Positions 38,223-51,200 of a DNA stretch of 64,000 bases are shown piece by piece. The notes below the pieces were generated by a model, which saw only the letters and a program-made list of their open reading frames with translations, did no database searches and was not told the DNA's origin. Origin of the DNA: Malacoraja senta (lineage: Eukaryota); the NCBI GenBank assembly GCA_038087875.1, contig CM075995.1, forward strand, positions 10,604,001-10,668,000, read 5' to 3'. Position numbers and translations under genes: made by a program. Positions within the stretch are counted from its first letter, which is position 1; each line of letters starts with the position of its first letter.

Positions 38223-39386
38223 TCATGCTCCCACTGCAGGTCGCCAACTACGCCCCTGCGATGATGAGCGACTTGGTCCTGGTCCAGCATCAGTATGATG
38301 TCTGAAAGGATACCTCCTCTTTACAGACTTTCCAACCATCGATGTTTTCATCAATCCGGCTGTTTTCGCTTCATCCTCCAACTCCTTTACACGTCTCCCG
38401 AGATCCTCTCCAAAGAGTAAGTTGGGTAATTGTATATTACTTGGTTTGCAGAGTGCTGCGAATTTAGGATTGATAGTAGGCCGAATAGCACACTTCCTCA
38501 GACAATTGATCTCGAAGTGGGTGCTGCATAGCAACCCCAGTGCCTCCTGATGCAACTCCGTCATCTCCTGGCTTCTATCTGTTATTCTGGCAAAAGCAGT
38601 TATTCCAGAACCCAGGAGCTTTAATATTCTCTGCAATTTTACTTCTTGACCTCTCATAGTCATGCTCATCTGACTCCAGATCACTTGATTCTCTGCTGGT
38701 GCTTTCAACAACACACAGTTACTTGGAGTCTCATGCTTTCTTGAAGTGTCATCCATGTCAAGCTGTTCCAGCTGATGGGAAACCAAGTAATTTATTAGGG
38801 AGGCCAATTCTTCTCCTAATGGCTCTCCTGACCCTGACGGGGCAGCGAATCGTACTGCCAGAGGTGGAATATCTGGCAGCTGCCATTCTTCGCCTTGGAC
38901 AGCCTCACCGTCAGAGTCGGGGTCTGAACTCTCATGACGCGGGGCACGCGCCTCATCCCTGAGGGTGCATTCCAACAGCCCTTTGCTAGGTGCTGCTGAG
39001 CTGCTTTCTGCAGCCTGGATTTTGCTACACTCTTCTCTGAGTGTGTTTCTTTCCAAAAGCCTGTGCATGAGGCTTTCCATTTGTGATATCCGCTCAAAAG
39101 CAGTATCCAGCCCTGGAGTTACCTCCATTTCCTCGGACTCCTCCTCCGTGGGCCGTATGGATTTGAACTTCGCCTTGCGCCCGACTGGCGCTGACTGCGT
39201 TCTTTTCAGCCCCAAATCCACAGTCGCTACACTCTCCGCTGGCGACTGTACTGGGGTCAGAGGCGGCTGGTCGCCGACCGCAATCTCGCGACTCTCTACT
39301 GGCTGTGCCGCTCGCCTCCTCCCCTTGCCCGTTTTTTTCATGGCGCCTGTGGAAAAAATCCCCACAGACCCACAGCAAACGGACAC
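38223..39386 (-). CDS. DIRS-C gag-like ORF1
   Basis: First long ORF after the 5' terminus. It is homologous to ORF1 pieces of DIRS-A and DIRS-E (HFEINCLR..AIRP..NPKFA.L, LLFG.DL). Confidence 0.8.
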   Translation of the reverse strand: MSVCCGSVGIFSTGAMKKTGKGRRRAAQPVESREIAVGDQPPLTPVQSPAESVATVDLGLKRTQSAPVGRKAKFKSIRPTEEESEEMEVTPGLDTAFERISQMESLMHRLLERNTLREECSKIQAAESSSAAPSKGLLECTLRDEARAPRHESSDPDSDGEAVQGEEWQLPDIPPLAVRFAAPSGSGEPLGEELASLINYLVSHQLEQLDMDDTSRKHETPSNCVLLKAPAENQVIWSQMSMTMRGQEVKLQRILKLLGSGITAFARITDRSQEMTELHQEALGLLCSTHFEINCLRKCAIRPTINPKFAALCKPSNIQLPNLLFGEDLGRRVKELEDEAKTAGLMKTSMVGKSVKRRYPFRHHTDAGPGPSRSSSQGRSWRPAVGA

Positions 39387-41174
39387 GGAAATACTTCGAA
39401 AAAAGTTTATATTTACCTTGGTAGTTCACAACTACAATTCCACTAGAGGAGCTCACGTCCGTTTACGCCAATGCGTCTGACGTAATGGCGCACTGGCGGG
39501 GTTCTTCACGTAGTCACTCACGTGACTCCGAAGTAACATTTATTGTCAAAGACCCATTTGAAAATGAACTCCAAGACGTCAGTTGTCCGTGCCGAATTAC
39601 ATGTAACATTAGCATTTAAACAAAATGCTTCCCATCTCCTGAAGAGGCAATGTATTGCTTTTTTGGTGCTATCCCTGCACTCTGCAGTGAGCACACACAT
39701 GGATCGGTCTGACAACCCGAGCCGCAGGAACAGTCGTCTCAGAGTCTGCAAGTCAATGAACTGATTTTATCATGCAGAGGCTGGTTTCTTGAGTCACAGG
39801 CTGAACCAGCAAAGTTTTATGTTTCGAATAACCATACAAGGTTCTATTATAATTCCCAACATAAGCGAGAACCTTGGCTGCATAGGCCAGTCAGACAGTA
39901 TGAAAAATCTGAAGCAGGATCTTGCTGAATTTATTGCAAGACCTGACTGATGAGGCAAAATGGAGGAAAGACATAAAAGAACATTCCTCCCCCGTGTAGC
40001 GAGAATGTATCTCTCGGCACTGTCATGCCACATATTTTTGCAACTGGTGAATGAGCCTGGATGCAAACATATCGATATTCGATGGTCCATTGAGCCATAA
40101 TGTCATAAAATACTTTGTGATCCAACATCCATTCTGAGTTGTCATTGATTTTACGTGGTGATACACCAGCGCCAAATGAGGTTAGGTAAATTATCCCAGG
40201 ATACTTTGACTTGATTGACCCATGTGACTAACATATGCCACCAACACGGTGTATCAACTTGGAATAGAGCATGCAGATTATGCATATTCGCACAATAACC
40301 CTTTAACCCATAGAAAGCACCTAGTGTCTATAGGTAGTTGATACCAATAACTGAAGAATAGGTAATTCATGCAAATCCCATCTGCCTCCGTGACTAGAGA
40401 TGGCATTCGTAATTTTCCATCTTTGAGCACTAGCATCAGTTTGTAATATAACTGAAGATTTACTGACCAAAACTACTGGAGCAATGCTGAATACTGTTCG
40501 TCCACCATTGTGACTTTGGTAGCTTCAGATGGTAATAGCATAGGTCTGTTAACAATGACCTACATGGCACTTGAGAGGTTACTACTTTGCACGTTGTAAG
40601 TTCTGATAATGCAAAGGCCCAACTTGCACAGCTGAAACACAGCTACTATATTGCCAATTACACTTGACGAATAGAAGGCTGCTTCATAACAACAAGGTTG
40701 TTACAGGCTTCTATTAATTCCAATCTCTTGCCCCAGGGCAGAGTCACAGACAAATTAATAGTTAAAGGTAAATCCCAATAATCAATAACTCTAGTTGGTA
40801 TCAACTTAAATTTAACTGGATGGATGAGGAACCTAAATTTCTCAAACATATTTTGCAGCTGAAACAGTTGATTTGAGCAAAATACAGTGTTTAGAATATC
40901 ATCCAGCTAAGCCATAACAAGTGTTTTTGAGCTCTGAGCTGTCCAAGCACCGGTTTTAGTAATTTGGGAAATAACCTGGGAGCTGAGGTTTGCCCATTTT
41001 GCAACGCATTAACTGTTATCATTGCCCCATCCAGATAAATTTCAAATGTCTCCGGTGATCCCTGTGAATGGGACCTGAATAGTATGTATCTTTGAGATCG
41101 ATGCATGCCATAAAGACATTCGAGTTAAATCAAGGATGAACCTTCATCCTCCATCTTTCACAATGAACAGGCCA

Positions 41175-41492
41175 CGCCTGCCATAATTCCGTGCCCGACT
41201 CGAACGACAACTCTGGCCAGATACCCGAGCCTGTCTCAAAAGGCAATCCTGGCCATAATACTGAGCCTGCCTCAAAAGACAACTCTGGCCATAATTCTGA
41301 GCCGGCCTCGAAAGACAACTCTGGCCTTATTTCCGAGCCTATCTTGAAAGGCAATCCTGCCCATAATACTGGGCCTGCCTCGAAAGACAACTCTGGCCAT
41401 ATTTCCGAGCTTGTCTCGGAAGGCAATCCTGGCCATAATACTGAGCCTGCCTCGAAAGACAACTCTGGCCCCAATTCCAAGCCATGCTTGGA
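41175..41492. repeat. 36-bp minisatellite, about 8.5 copies, inside a foreign segment in DIRS-B
   Basis: Translates as 12-aa units DNSGH(N/I)SEPASK / GNPGHNTEPASK. Confidence 0.9.
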
Positions 41493-43529
41493 ACGCTTGT
41501 ATACTGTGCAGTATAAACTAATCACATGTTATCATTTTAGTTTATAAACGGATCTGAATCTCATGTTATCATTGTCATTTGTACAAAAACAAGTGTAAAT
41601 ATTACCAACTTGTAAATGGTCCACATACCCCATGTTTCAGAAGAACCAGACCCACCTACCTCCATGGTTACCGGTGGTCTTATGGTTAGCCCAAAGGCCC
41701 GTGATGTGGGTTCTATTTCCGTCCTTGATTGGAGAGTAGGACTGGTAGGGTGTGTGGATTTCATATTTTTCCTGAGACCAGATTGGGCCTTGGCCTGCCC
41801 AGCTTTCAAGCTGCCACCAGCTTTCAAGCTGCCACCAGCTTCAGTGAACCGCTTACTGCCGATGAAGGGGTGGGGTGTGTCGTTGCCGAAACGATGAAGC
41901 TTTGCTCATCATCGGTACCTTGATTAGTCCGACAGCTTTTGTTTCCTCATCCAGGTATTACCTGTTGGATAAGTCTTACCTGAAGAAAAGATTCGGCGGC
42001 TGGTTTCATTGCCTGGATTTCATGCCTCCAATGTCACCCCTGATAGCGCTGTTCACTGCCAGCACTTGTAGCATGAGGGGAACTCTGGCCCCTTCCGGGT
42101 TTTCTGCCAACGGCTGGAAACCAACTCTTCCGGCACCAACACCTTCGTTTGCGAGTATTCCCTTGAAGCCATATCCATGTGCTCCAGTATGTTCCACGGA
42201 CATTCTTTCGAATTTGAAGTCAGTTACACACTGACCACTCGCACTCCTCTCCACAGAGAGGGAGATTCATAGGCAGCCCTGAAAACAGGTGCTGCTGCAG
42301 GCCCCTGAGGATACCTGCGCTGATACGGCCCCTCCTACGGACCTATATCAGGATGGAGCATCACATTTGTGGGATAAACGCCCGAGGGTTCAATCCATGC
42401 TCCATCTGGGTTAAACGTCCGTGGACGCACCCAGGTATGTCGGAGGGGAACCCTCCTGGCCTGACTCGTCCGAGTCCATAGGCCTGACCAACTTATTCTT
42501 GGATTTACTCCCTTTCTGGGGAACCACAGCGGTCTGTGAGCCGCTGACCACACTGTCAGCGACTCGGGTGGCGAAACCGACTTACTTTTGGCCTTACCCC
42601 ATTTCTGGGGAACCACAGCGGTCTGGGAGCCGCTGACCACATTGTCAGCGACTTGGGTAGCGAACCAGATGCCTGCCGGCTACCCGCGCTTCCGCGGTCC
42701 GGTCCGGGATCTCCCCACGGTCCATAACCGGTTTCCCCGCGGCCCGTCCGGACTTCGGCCCGAAATTATCCAGCAGGAAAAACTCTGTAAGAAGAGATTC
42801 CTGCAAGAAAAAACAGAACCTGGCGATAAGTTCAAAACTTAACTGCAGGTTTAAACTTACCGCTGGAAGGAGCAACGCGCCTGCCAGTCAGTCATTACGC
42901 AATGCGTTAGACGTAATGACGCGCATGCGGGCTGGCGAGCTCTTCATGTAGTCACTCACGTGACTCCGAAATAAAATGTATGCAAAGCCTTTACCACTTG
43001 AATAACTCTCTGCACTGATGTTCTTGTGTTCCTCTGAGCGAGCAATTCATAGTGCTCCCACGCTGGAAATGTGTCTATTTATTCGCTCCTCCTGCCTGCA
43101 CATGAAAAGAACACTCCATGCCGATCAACAGATCTGAGCCAGGACGATATGCCCAGTGATCTCCTTCCTAGTGCCTATTTCAAACCCTCGCCCCTTCCTC
43201 TGCTTCTGTTGAATCGTTCATTGAAGGCTCGGTAATTCCCACACCGGTTGCTAGAAGATTCCTACAGCCCTGCTGGGAAATATACGGCATTTCTCCAGTT
43301 AAATGGGTAAAGCAGTCATTAATTTAAACAAGAACTGATATTTATAAAACCTGTTCAAATGTACATTAAAACAGGCAATGACGAGTTTAAAATGTAAAAG
43401 GCAGCTGAGCAAACAGACATACTGTCCATTGGCAAGACAGTGAACTGTTCTGGTAAACATCAGCTGAATGTAAAACAATGGGGTCTGTTACTTGGCCGAC
43501 ATCAAACCACTAATCCTCAGCATAGGTTA

Positions 43530-44055
43530 TTTCTCATCATTCTATATAAGGGAAAATAGACAATAAAATGACATGACCTGCAACAGCATTGATGTACAGT
43601 GAGATCTTGGGGTCCAAGTCCACAGCTGCCTGAAAGTGTGCAAGACAAGTAGATAGAGTATTAAAGAAGGCATATGATATGCTTGCCTTTATTGTTCGGA
43701 CATTAATAGCCAAGAAGAGATAATGCAGCTCTATAAGTTATGGCTCGACCACATCTGGAGTGTTTTGAGCAGTCTGATCTCCCCATTACAGGAAAGATGC
43801 TGGAAATGTGGGTGCTGAGGAGGTTTACCAGAATGATACATGCATTAGCAGAATTTTAGCTAGAATGATAGAATATTCCTTATAGAAGTACTTAGAATTA
43901 AGAGAGGCATAGATAGGGTAGACAATCACAACCACTTTCCAAGATGGAAAAAATAAATGTCAGGGGGGCATCACTTCAAGGTGAAAGGGGAAAGGTTTGA
44001 AGCAGATTTGCGTGGCAAGTTGTTGCAGAGAGGGGTGATGGGTGCCTGGAGTGTG
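43530..44055 (+). mobile_element. Old degenerate CR1 fragment
   Basis: Remnants of RDLGV.VH..LKV, RPHLE and RRFTRM. Confidence 0.7.
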
Positions 44056-44773
44056 ACAATAGACAATAGACAATAAGCAATAGGTGCAGGAGTAGGCCAT
44101 TCGGTCCATCGAGCCAGCACCGCCATTCAATATGATTATGGCAGATCATTCCCAATCAGTACCCCGTTCCTGCCTTTTCCCCATATCTCCTGACTCTGCT
44201 ATCTTTAAGAGCCACATCTAGCTCTCTCTTGAAAGTATCCAGAGGCCTGTACCACCCTCTGAGGCAGAGAATTCCACAGGCTCACAACTCTCTGTGTGAA
44301 AAAGTGTTTCCTCATCTCTGTTCTAAATGGCTTACCCTTTATTCTTAAACGGTGGCCCCTAGTTCTGGACTCCCCCAACATCGGGAACATGTTTCCTGCC
44401 TCTAGCGTGTCCAAACCCTTAATAATCTTAATATGTTTCAATAAGATACCCTCTCATCCTTCTAAACTCCAGGAAATACAAGCCCAGCTGCTCCATTCTC
44501 TCAGCATTTCACAATCCCCACCATCCCAGGAATTAACCTTGTAAACCTGCGCTGCACTCCTTCAATAGCAAGAATGTCCTTCCTCAAATTTGGGGACCAA
44601 AACTGCACACAATACTCCAGGTATGGTCTCACTAGGGCCCTGTACAACTGCAGAAGGACCTCTGCTCCAATACTCAACTCCGCTTGTTATGAAGGCCAAC
44701 ATGCCATTCCCTTTATTCACTGCCTGCTGTACCTGCAAGCTTACTTTCATAGACTGATGAACAAGGTCCCCCA
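44056..44773 (-). mobile_element. CR1 3' fragment
   Basis: ORF 44205-44441 and a (TATTGTC)n tail. Confidence 0.9.
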
Positions 44774-44774
44774 G

Positions 44775-45416
44775 AGGGTGAGTGGGCAAATGCATGGCAG
44801 ATGCAGTATAATGTGGATAAATGTGAGGTTATTCACTTTGGTGGCAAAAACAGGAAAGTAGACTATTATCTGAATGGTGGCCGACTAGGAAAAGGGGAGA
44901 TGCAACGAGACCTGGGTGTCATGGTACACCAGTCATTGAAAGTAGGCATGCAGGTGCAGCAGGCAGTGAAGAAAGCGAATGATATGTTAGCATTCATAGC
45001 AAAAGGATTTGAGTATAGGAGCAGAGAGGTTCTACTGCAGTTGTACAGGGTCTTGGTGAGACCACACCTGGAGTATTGCGTACAGTTTTGGTTTCCAAAT
45101 CTGAGGAAAGACATTCTTGCCATAGAGGGAGTACAGAGAAGGTTCACCAGACTGATTCCTGGGATGTCAAGACTTTCATATGAAGAAAGACTGGATATAC
45201 TCGGCTTGTACTCGCTAGAATTTAGAAGATTGAGGAGGGATCTTATAGAAACTTACAAAATTCTTAAGGGGTTGGACAGGCTAGATGCAGGAAGATTGTT
45301 CCCGATGTTGGTGAAGTCCAGAACAAGGGGTCACAGTTTAAGGATAAGAGGGAAGTCTTTTAGGACCGTGATGAGAAAAAAAAATTTCACACAGAGAGTG
45401 GTGAATCTCTGGAATT
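44775..45416 (+). mobile_element. CR1 3' fragment, host of DIRS-E; continues at 55693-55903
   Basis: NLWN/SLPQK coding is split exactly by DIRS-E. The tail (TTTCTATG)n lies at about 55882-55903. Confidence 0.9.
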
Positions 45417-45430
45417 TTACTTTGGAGTCA

Positions 45431-45621
45431 TAGAAATATAGAAACATAGAAACAAAGAAAATAGGTGCAGGAGGGGGCCATTCGGCCCTTCGAGCCAGCA
45501 CCGCCATTCATTGTGATCGTGGCTGATCATCCCCTATCAATAACCCATACCTGCCTTCTCCCCATATCCCTTGACTCCACTAGGCCCTAGAGCTCTATCT
45601 AACTCTCTCTTAAATCCATCC
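45431..45621 (-). mobile_element. Short CR1 3' end inserted in the DIRS-E 5' terminus
   Basis: (CATAGAAA)n tail and GGCCATTCGGCCCTTC hairpin. It separates GGAGTCA from GTGACTACGTG. Confidence 0.85.
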
Positions 45622-48254
45622 AGTGACTACGTGAAGCCCGCCAGTCCGCATGCGCGTCATTACATCTGATGCATGGCGCAACGATGGGCTGGCAGGCATG
45701 TAGCTCCACCAGCGGTAAGTTTTAAAAACCCTCAGGTAACTTAAAAAACTTAGTTGAGGGCGTTTTCTGCGGTCGGTAAGTCTTGTTGCAGGAGCAAGTC
45801 GGACCATGGAGAAAATGACTAATGAAATGGTCAAGGCGGGCCTCTGGGAGAGCAGCTATAGTGCGGGTAGCGGGTGGCCGTCGATCTCACCTTCAAAGTC
45901 ACTGGCGGCACTGCCAGTGGCTTCCGACGTGGTGCCGGTTTGTAGCACCATGGCTGCTCCGGTGGGACGGAAAGCCACTAAGAAGTCGGTAAGGCCCATT
46001 GACTCGGATGAGTCGGGCCAGGAGGGTTCCCCTCCCACAATAGATAGCGTCTTCGGACGTCTGTCCAGGATGGAGCTCCTGATGGAGAGGATGTTCCATC
46101 ATGATATGCTCCAGCAAGAGGAGCTTTATATCCGCGTGTCTCCTCGGGGGCCTGTGGCAGCGGCACCTGTTGAAGGGCTGCATAATGTCTCCCTCTCGGA
46201 GGAGGAGAGCATATGGGGTCAGTTTTGTTCTCACTCCAAGTTCGGAGGTGTAGCCGGTGAGCATACCTCAAGGCAAGAAGGCCGCGAACCAGGGGTGCCA
46301 AGCATGGCATCTAAATTTGCTATACCGACCGGAACTGTGGAACCACTGGATGCGGACCTGGCTATGACTATAAATTACATGGCCTCACGCCAGCTGCAAG
46401 ACCTCACATTGGAAGAAACTTCCAAAAAATACAAGACACCCGCCAATTGTGCCTCGATCAAATGCCGACTGTGAACCACGCTACCTGGGGTCACATGGGT
46501 GTAGGTATCAGAGCCCAGGAAGTGAGGCTCAAGAAGATATTAAAGATGCTTGCTTCAGGCATTACAGCTTTTGCTAGGTCGGTCGATGGAGGGCCCCTGT
46601 CTGAGGTGGAGAAGGATGCTCTGGCCCTAATGTGCAATGCACATTTTGAAATAAACTGTCTCAGAAACAGTGCTATCCGTCCTACTCTGAACCCCAAGTT
46701 TGCAGCACTATACAAATCTAGCAATGTGCAGCTGCCGAATCTACTGTTCAGTGATGACCTACCAAAACGGGTCAGAGAGTTGGACGACGAGGCAAAAAGG
46801 GTCGGCCTCATAAAAGCCCAACCGACTAGCAAAATTCCACTTTGGCGGCAGCACCCCTACAAGCGGTTCACTGAAGCTGGTTCAGGCCAAGGACCAAGTC
46901 CGGCCTTGCAAACCATGCACAATTGGCGCACTCCAACATTCTTCCCCTCCAGAACTCGGGGGAAGAAGTTTCCACCGACAACCATGGAGGTAGGTGGATC
47001 TGGTTCTTTTCAGAACATGTCATGTATGGATCAGTTACAAGTTGGTGGGAGATTACACTAGTTTTTCAATGAATGGTGTAGCATAACATCAGATTTGTTT
47101 ATACTGCACATATACAAGGGTTCCAAATAGAATTCCTTTTCAAATTGCATCCACCTACACAGCATACACCAAGCCGGACATTGGTTTTTTCACAACAAGA
47201 ATCTTTAGATGTACAAGCTGAAATTGAAACGTTATCTAACTAAGGGGTAATTGAGAAGTCGTTTCATCAATCTCACCAATTTGTGTCTAATATATTTCCT
47301 AGACAAAAGAAGGATGGTGGGTGTCGAATCATTCTTGATCTAACTCGACTTAACTCCTATGTGCAGTATAAACATTTCAAAATGTAAACTTTTGTTACTG
47401 CTAAACAACTGATTTCCAAAGGATGCTATATGGCATGCATAGATCTTAAAGATGCATACTATTCAGTACCCATTCATTACAATCACCGGAGATATTAGCT
47501 GGATGAGGCAACGATGGCAGTTTAAAGCATTGCCTAATTGGTTAACTTCGGCTCCTAGATTATTTACAAAGTTGTTAAAGCCTGTGTTGGGCCTACTCCG
47601 GGCTCAGAATCATATAGTAATGGCCTATTTGGATGATGTCCTAATCATAGGCAAGACTCGGAAATCAGCTGAATTATCTGTTTCAGCTACCAAACTCATG
47701 TTTGAGAGGTTGGGGTTTCTCATCCTTCGAGTTAAATCCAAATTGATACCATCTGGAGTCATTGATTATTTGGGATTCCCCATTAATTCAACTCACATGT
47801 CTGTGACTCTGCCTAGAGGCAAGAGATCAGAGTTAATAGAAGCTTGTAACAATCTTGTTGATGAGCAACCATCTTCTATTCGACAGGTGGCTAGTATAAT
47901 TGGCAAATTAGTGGCTGCTTTTCCAGCTGTACAGTTTGGGCCATAACGATATCACAATTTACAATGTGCAAAGAAGCAGGCACTCAATAGATATGCAGGT
48001 CATTTCAATCAACCCATGCGGTTACCAGCTGAAGCCATTGATGAGTTACAGTGGTGGATAGCGAATATTTGGCATTGCTCCAGTAAAATTCTGATTGATA
48101 AACCTTCAGTTATTTTACAAACTGATGTTAGTGCTCTAGGATGGGGAGCTACTGATACCATCTCTAGCTGCGGTGGCAGATGGAATGTGCATGAGGCATT
48201 AATTCGTCAATCACATGGTATTAACTATTTAGAGTTGTTGGGAGCACTCTATGG

Positions 48255-51200
48255 ACGCAGTCGGGAGACCCGGATGGTAGTTTGCCTCCCTGGTGCCAGG
48301 GTCTGTGATGTATCTCAACGTGTCCAAGATATCCTGAAAGGGCAGGGAGAGGAGCCCGAGATCGTGGTACATATAGGTACCAATGACATAGGTAAAAAAA
48401 GAGAAGAAGTCCTGAAAGGAGAATTTAGGGAGTTAGGAGGGGAGTTAAAGAGAATGACAGCAAAGGTAACAATCTTGGGATTACTGCCTGTGCCATGCGA
48501 CAGTGAGAGTAGGAATGGAGCGAGGTCGAGGATAAATGCGTGGCTGAAGGACTGGCGCAGAAGGCAGGGATTCAAATTTCTGGATCATTGGGACCTCTTT
48601 TGTGGAAGGTTCGACCTGTATAAAAAGGATGGGTTGCACTTGAACCTGAGGGGGACCGATATCCTGGTGTGGAGTTCTGCAAAGGCTACTGGGGCGACTT
48701 TAAACTAGAATGGTTGGGGGGAGGGACTCAAATAGAGAATGCTATTAGACAGTGTGTGAGGCAGGAGGCAGAGAAAGAAAGCACTCAGACCCAACATGTA
48801 GGGGGGGAAAGAAGAAAACAATAATAAACAGGGAATAAGAGGTGGTGGGGTTCTTAAATGGGTGAGCAGAGAAACAGAGGGGTGTAAAATGCGGGCGGAA
48901 CCAATAGGTAGCAAGGTGAAAAGTAAAAGTGGCAGGCAGACAAATCCAGGGCAAAAATCAAAAAGAGCCACTTTTCAACATAATTGTATAAGGGGTAAGA
49001 GCATTGTAAAAACAAGCCTGAAGGCTTTGTGTCTCAATGCAAGGAGAATTCGTAATAAGGTGGATGAGTTGAACGTGCAGATAGCAATTAATGATTATGA
49101 TATAGTTGGGATCACGGAGACATGGCTCCAGGGTGACCAAGGCTGGGAGCTGAAGAGGATTTCTTGGAATGTATGCGGGATAGTTATATAAACCAACATG
49201 TAGAGGAACCAACGAGAGAGCAGGCTATTCTAGACTGGGTATTGAGTAATGAGGAAGGGTTAGTTAGCTGTCTTGTTGTGCGTGCCCCCTTGGGCAAGAG
49301 TGACCATAATATGGTTGAGTTCTTCATTAGGATGGAGAGTGACATTGTTAATTCAGAAACAACGGTTCTGAACTTAAAGAAAGGTAACTTTGAGGGTATG
49401 AGACGTGAATTGGCCAAGATTGACTGGCAATTAGTTCTAAAAGGGTTGACGGTGGATATGCAATGGAAGGCATTTAAAGACTGCATGGATGAACTACAAA
49501 AATTGTTCATCCCAGTTTGGCAAAAGAATAAATCAGGGAAGGTAGTGCATCCGTGGATAACAAGGGAAATCAGGGATAGTATCAAGGCAAAAGATGATGC
49601 GTACAAATTAGCCAGAAAAAGCAGCATACCAGAGGACTGGGAGAAATTCAGACACCAGCAGAGGAGGACAAAGGGCTTAATTAGGAAAGGGAAAATAGAT
49701 TATGAAAGGAAACTGGCAGTGAACATAAAAACTGACTGCAAAAGTTTTTATAGATATGTGAAGAGAAAGAGATTAGTTAAAACAAATGTAGGTCCCTTGC
49801 AGTCAGAAACAGGTGAATTGATCATGGGGAACAAGGATATGGCGGACCAATTGAATAACTACTTTGGTTCCGTCTTCACTAAGGAAGACATAAATAATCT
49901 GCCGGAAATAGCAGGGGGCCGCGGGTCAAAGGAGATGGAGGAACTGAGTGAAATCCAGGTTAGTCGGGAAGTGGTGTTGGGTAAATTGAATGGATTAAAG
50001 GCCGATAAATCACCAGGGCCAGATAGGCTGCATCCCAGAGTACTTAAGGAAGTAGCTCCAGAAATAGTGGATGCATTAGTGATAATTTTTCAAAACTCTT
50101 TAGATTCTGGAGTAGTTCCTGAGGATTGGAGGGTAGCAAACGTAACCCCACTTTTTAAGAAGGGAGGGAGAGAGAAAACGGGGAATTACAGACCAGTTAA
50201 AGGCCTGACTCACGAGTCTGCGGTCATTGGTGGCGAACCGGGAAGAATCTGCCGCCATAGACCGCGCACTCGTGAGAACGCACAATTCCGGGGCCATGCG
50301 TTCCCAACACCGCACAGTGCAAAAATAAAACCTACACTGTTGAAAATTATATTCTTACCGCACAACCTCCACCAGTGATGCACGAGTGCGGCACGGCCGC
50401 CCGCACGGGCCGCCGCCAGTGTGGCTCGAGCGCCGTGCGTCAAACTTCCACTGCCACAGCCTCCGCCGATGACCGCAAACAGGTAAGACAGAGCCTTTAG
50501 TCTAACATCGGTAGTGGGGAAACTGCTAGAGTCAGTTATTAAAGATGGGATAGCAGCACATTTGGAAAGTGGTGAAATCATTGGACAAAGTCAGCATGGA
50601 TTTACGAAAGGTAAATCGTGTCTGACGAATCTTATAGAATTTTTCGAGGACGTAACCAGTAGAGTGGATAGGGGCGAACCAGTGGATGTGTTGTATCTGG
50701 ACTTTCAGAAGGCTTTCGACAAGGTACCACATAAGAGATTAGGATACAAACTTAAATCACACGGTATTGGGGGTTCAGTATTGATGTGGATAGAGAACTG
50801 GCTGGCAAACAGGAAGCAAAGAGTAGGAGTAAACGGGTTCTTTTCACAATGGCAGGCAGTGACTAGTGGGGTACCGCAAGGCTCAGTGCTGGGACCCCAG
50901 CTATTTACAATTTATATTAATGATCTGGACGAGGGAATTGAAAGCAACATCTCCAAGTTTGCGGATGACACTAAGCTGGGGGGCAGTGTTAGCTGTGAGG
51001 AGGATGCTAGGAGACTGCAAGGTGACTTGGATAGGCTGGGTGAGTGGGCAGATGTTTGGCAGATGCAGTATAATGTGGATAAATGTGAGCTTATCCACTT
51101 TGGTGGCAAAAACGGGAAGGCAGACTATTATCTAAATGGTGGCCGATTAGGAAATGGGGAGATGCAGCGAGACCTGGGTGTCATGGTACACCAGTCATTG

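Larger units (their letters stand above)
34760..39539 (-). mobile_element. DIRS-C, full-length and the best preserved, inserted in the YR gene of DIRS-B
   Basis: Both termini, ICR at about 34985-35095, and long ORFs for gag, RT, RH/MT and YR. Confidence 0.94.
28618..42977 (-). mobile_element. DIRS-B, the host DIRS element, in three pieces: 28618-28659, 33565-34759 and 39540-42977
   Basis: Matching ITR pair (GCCAGCCCGCATGCGCGTCA at about 33606 and inverted at about 42917). The YR frame rejoins as FDNKLSYSAIN when DIRS-C is removed. Degenerate gag, RT, RH, MT and YR. Confidence 0.88.

Noticed and set aside
41175..41492. CRISPR-like array (36-bp period)
   Set aside because: Units are contiguous with no unique spacers, there are no cas genes, and the context is eukaryotic.
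42978..43500. Possible host exon in unassigned sequence (also 60120-60530)
   Set aside because: No convincing ORF or protein motif. A small exon cannot be excluded without RNA-seq.
44056..45416. Twin-primed (inverted) single CR1 insertion
   Set aside because: The two halves overlap in CR1 coordinates, differ in subfamily and each has its own 3' tail.
48016..48708. RNase H-esterase fusion gene
   Set aside because: In-frame junction of DIRS-E RH with an inserted CR1 ORF1. The RH resumes at 51887 and nothing indicates function.
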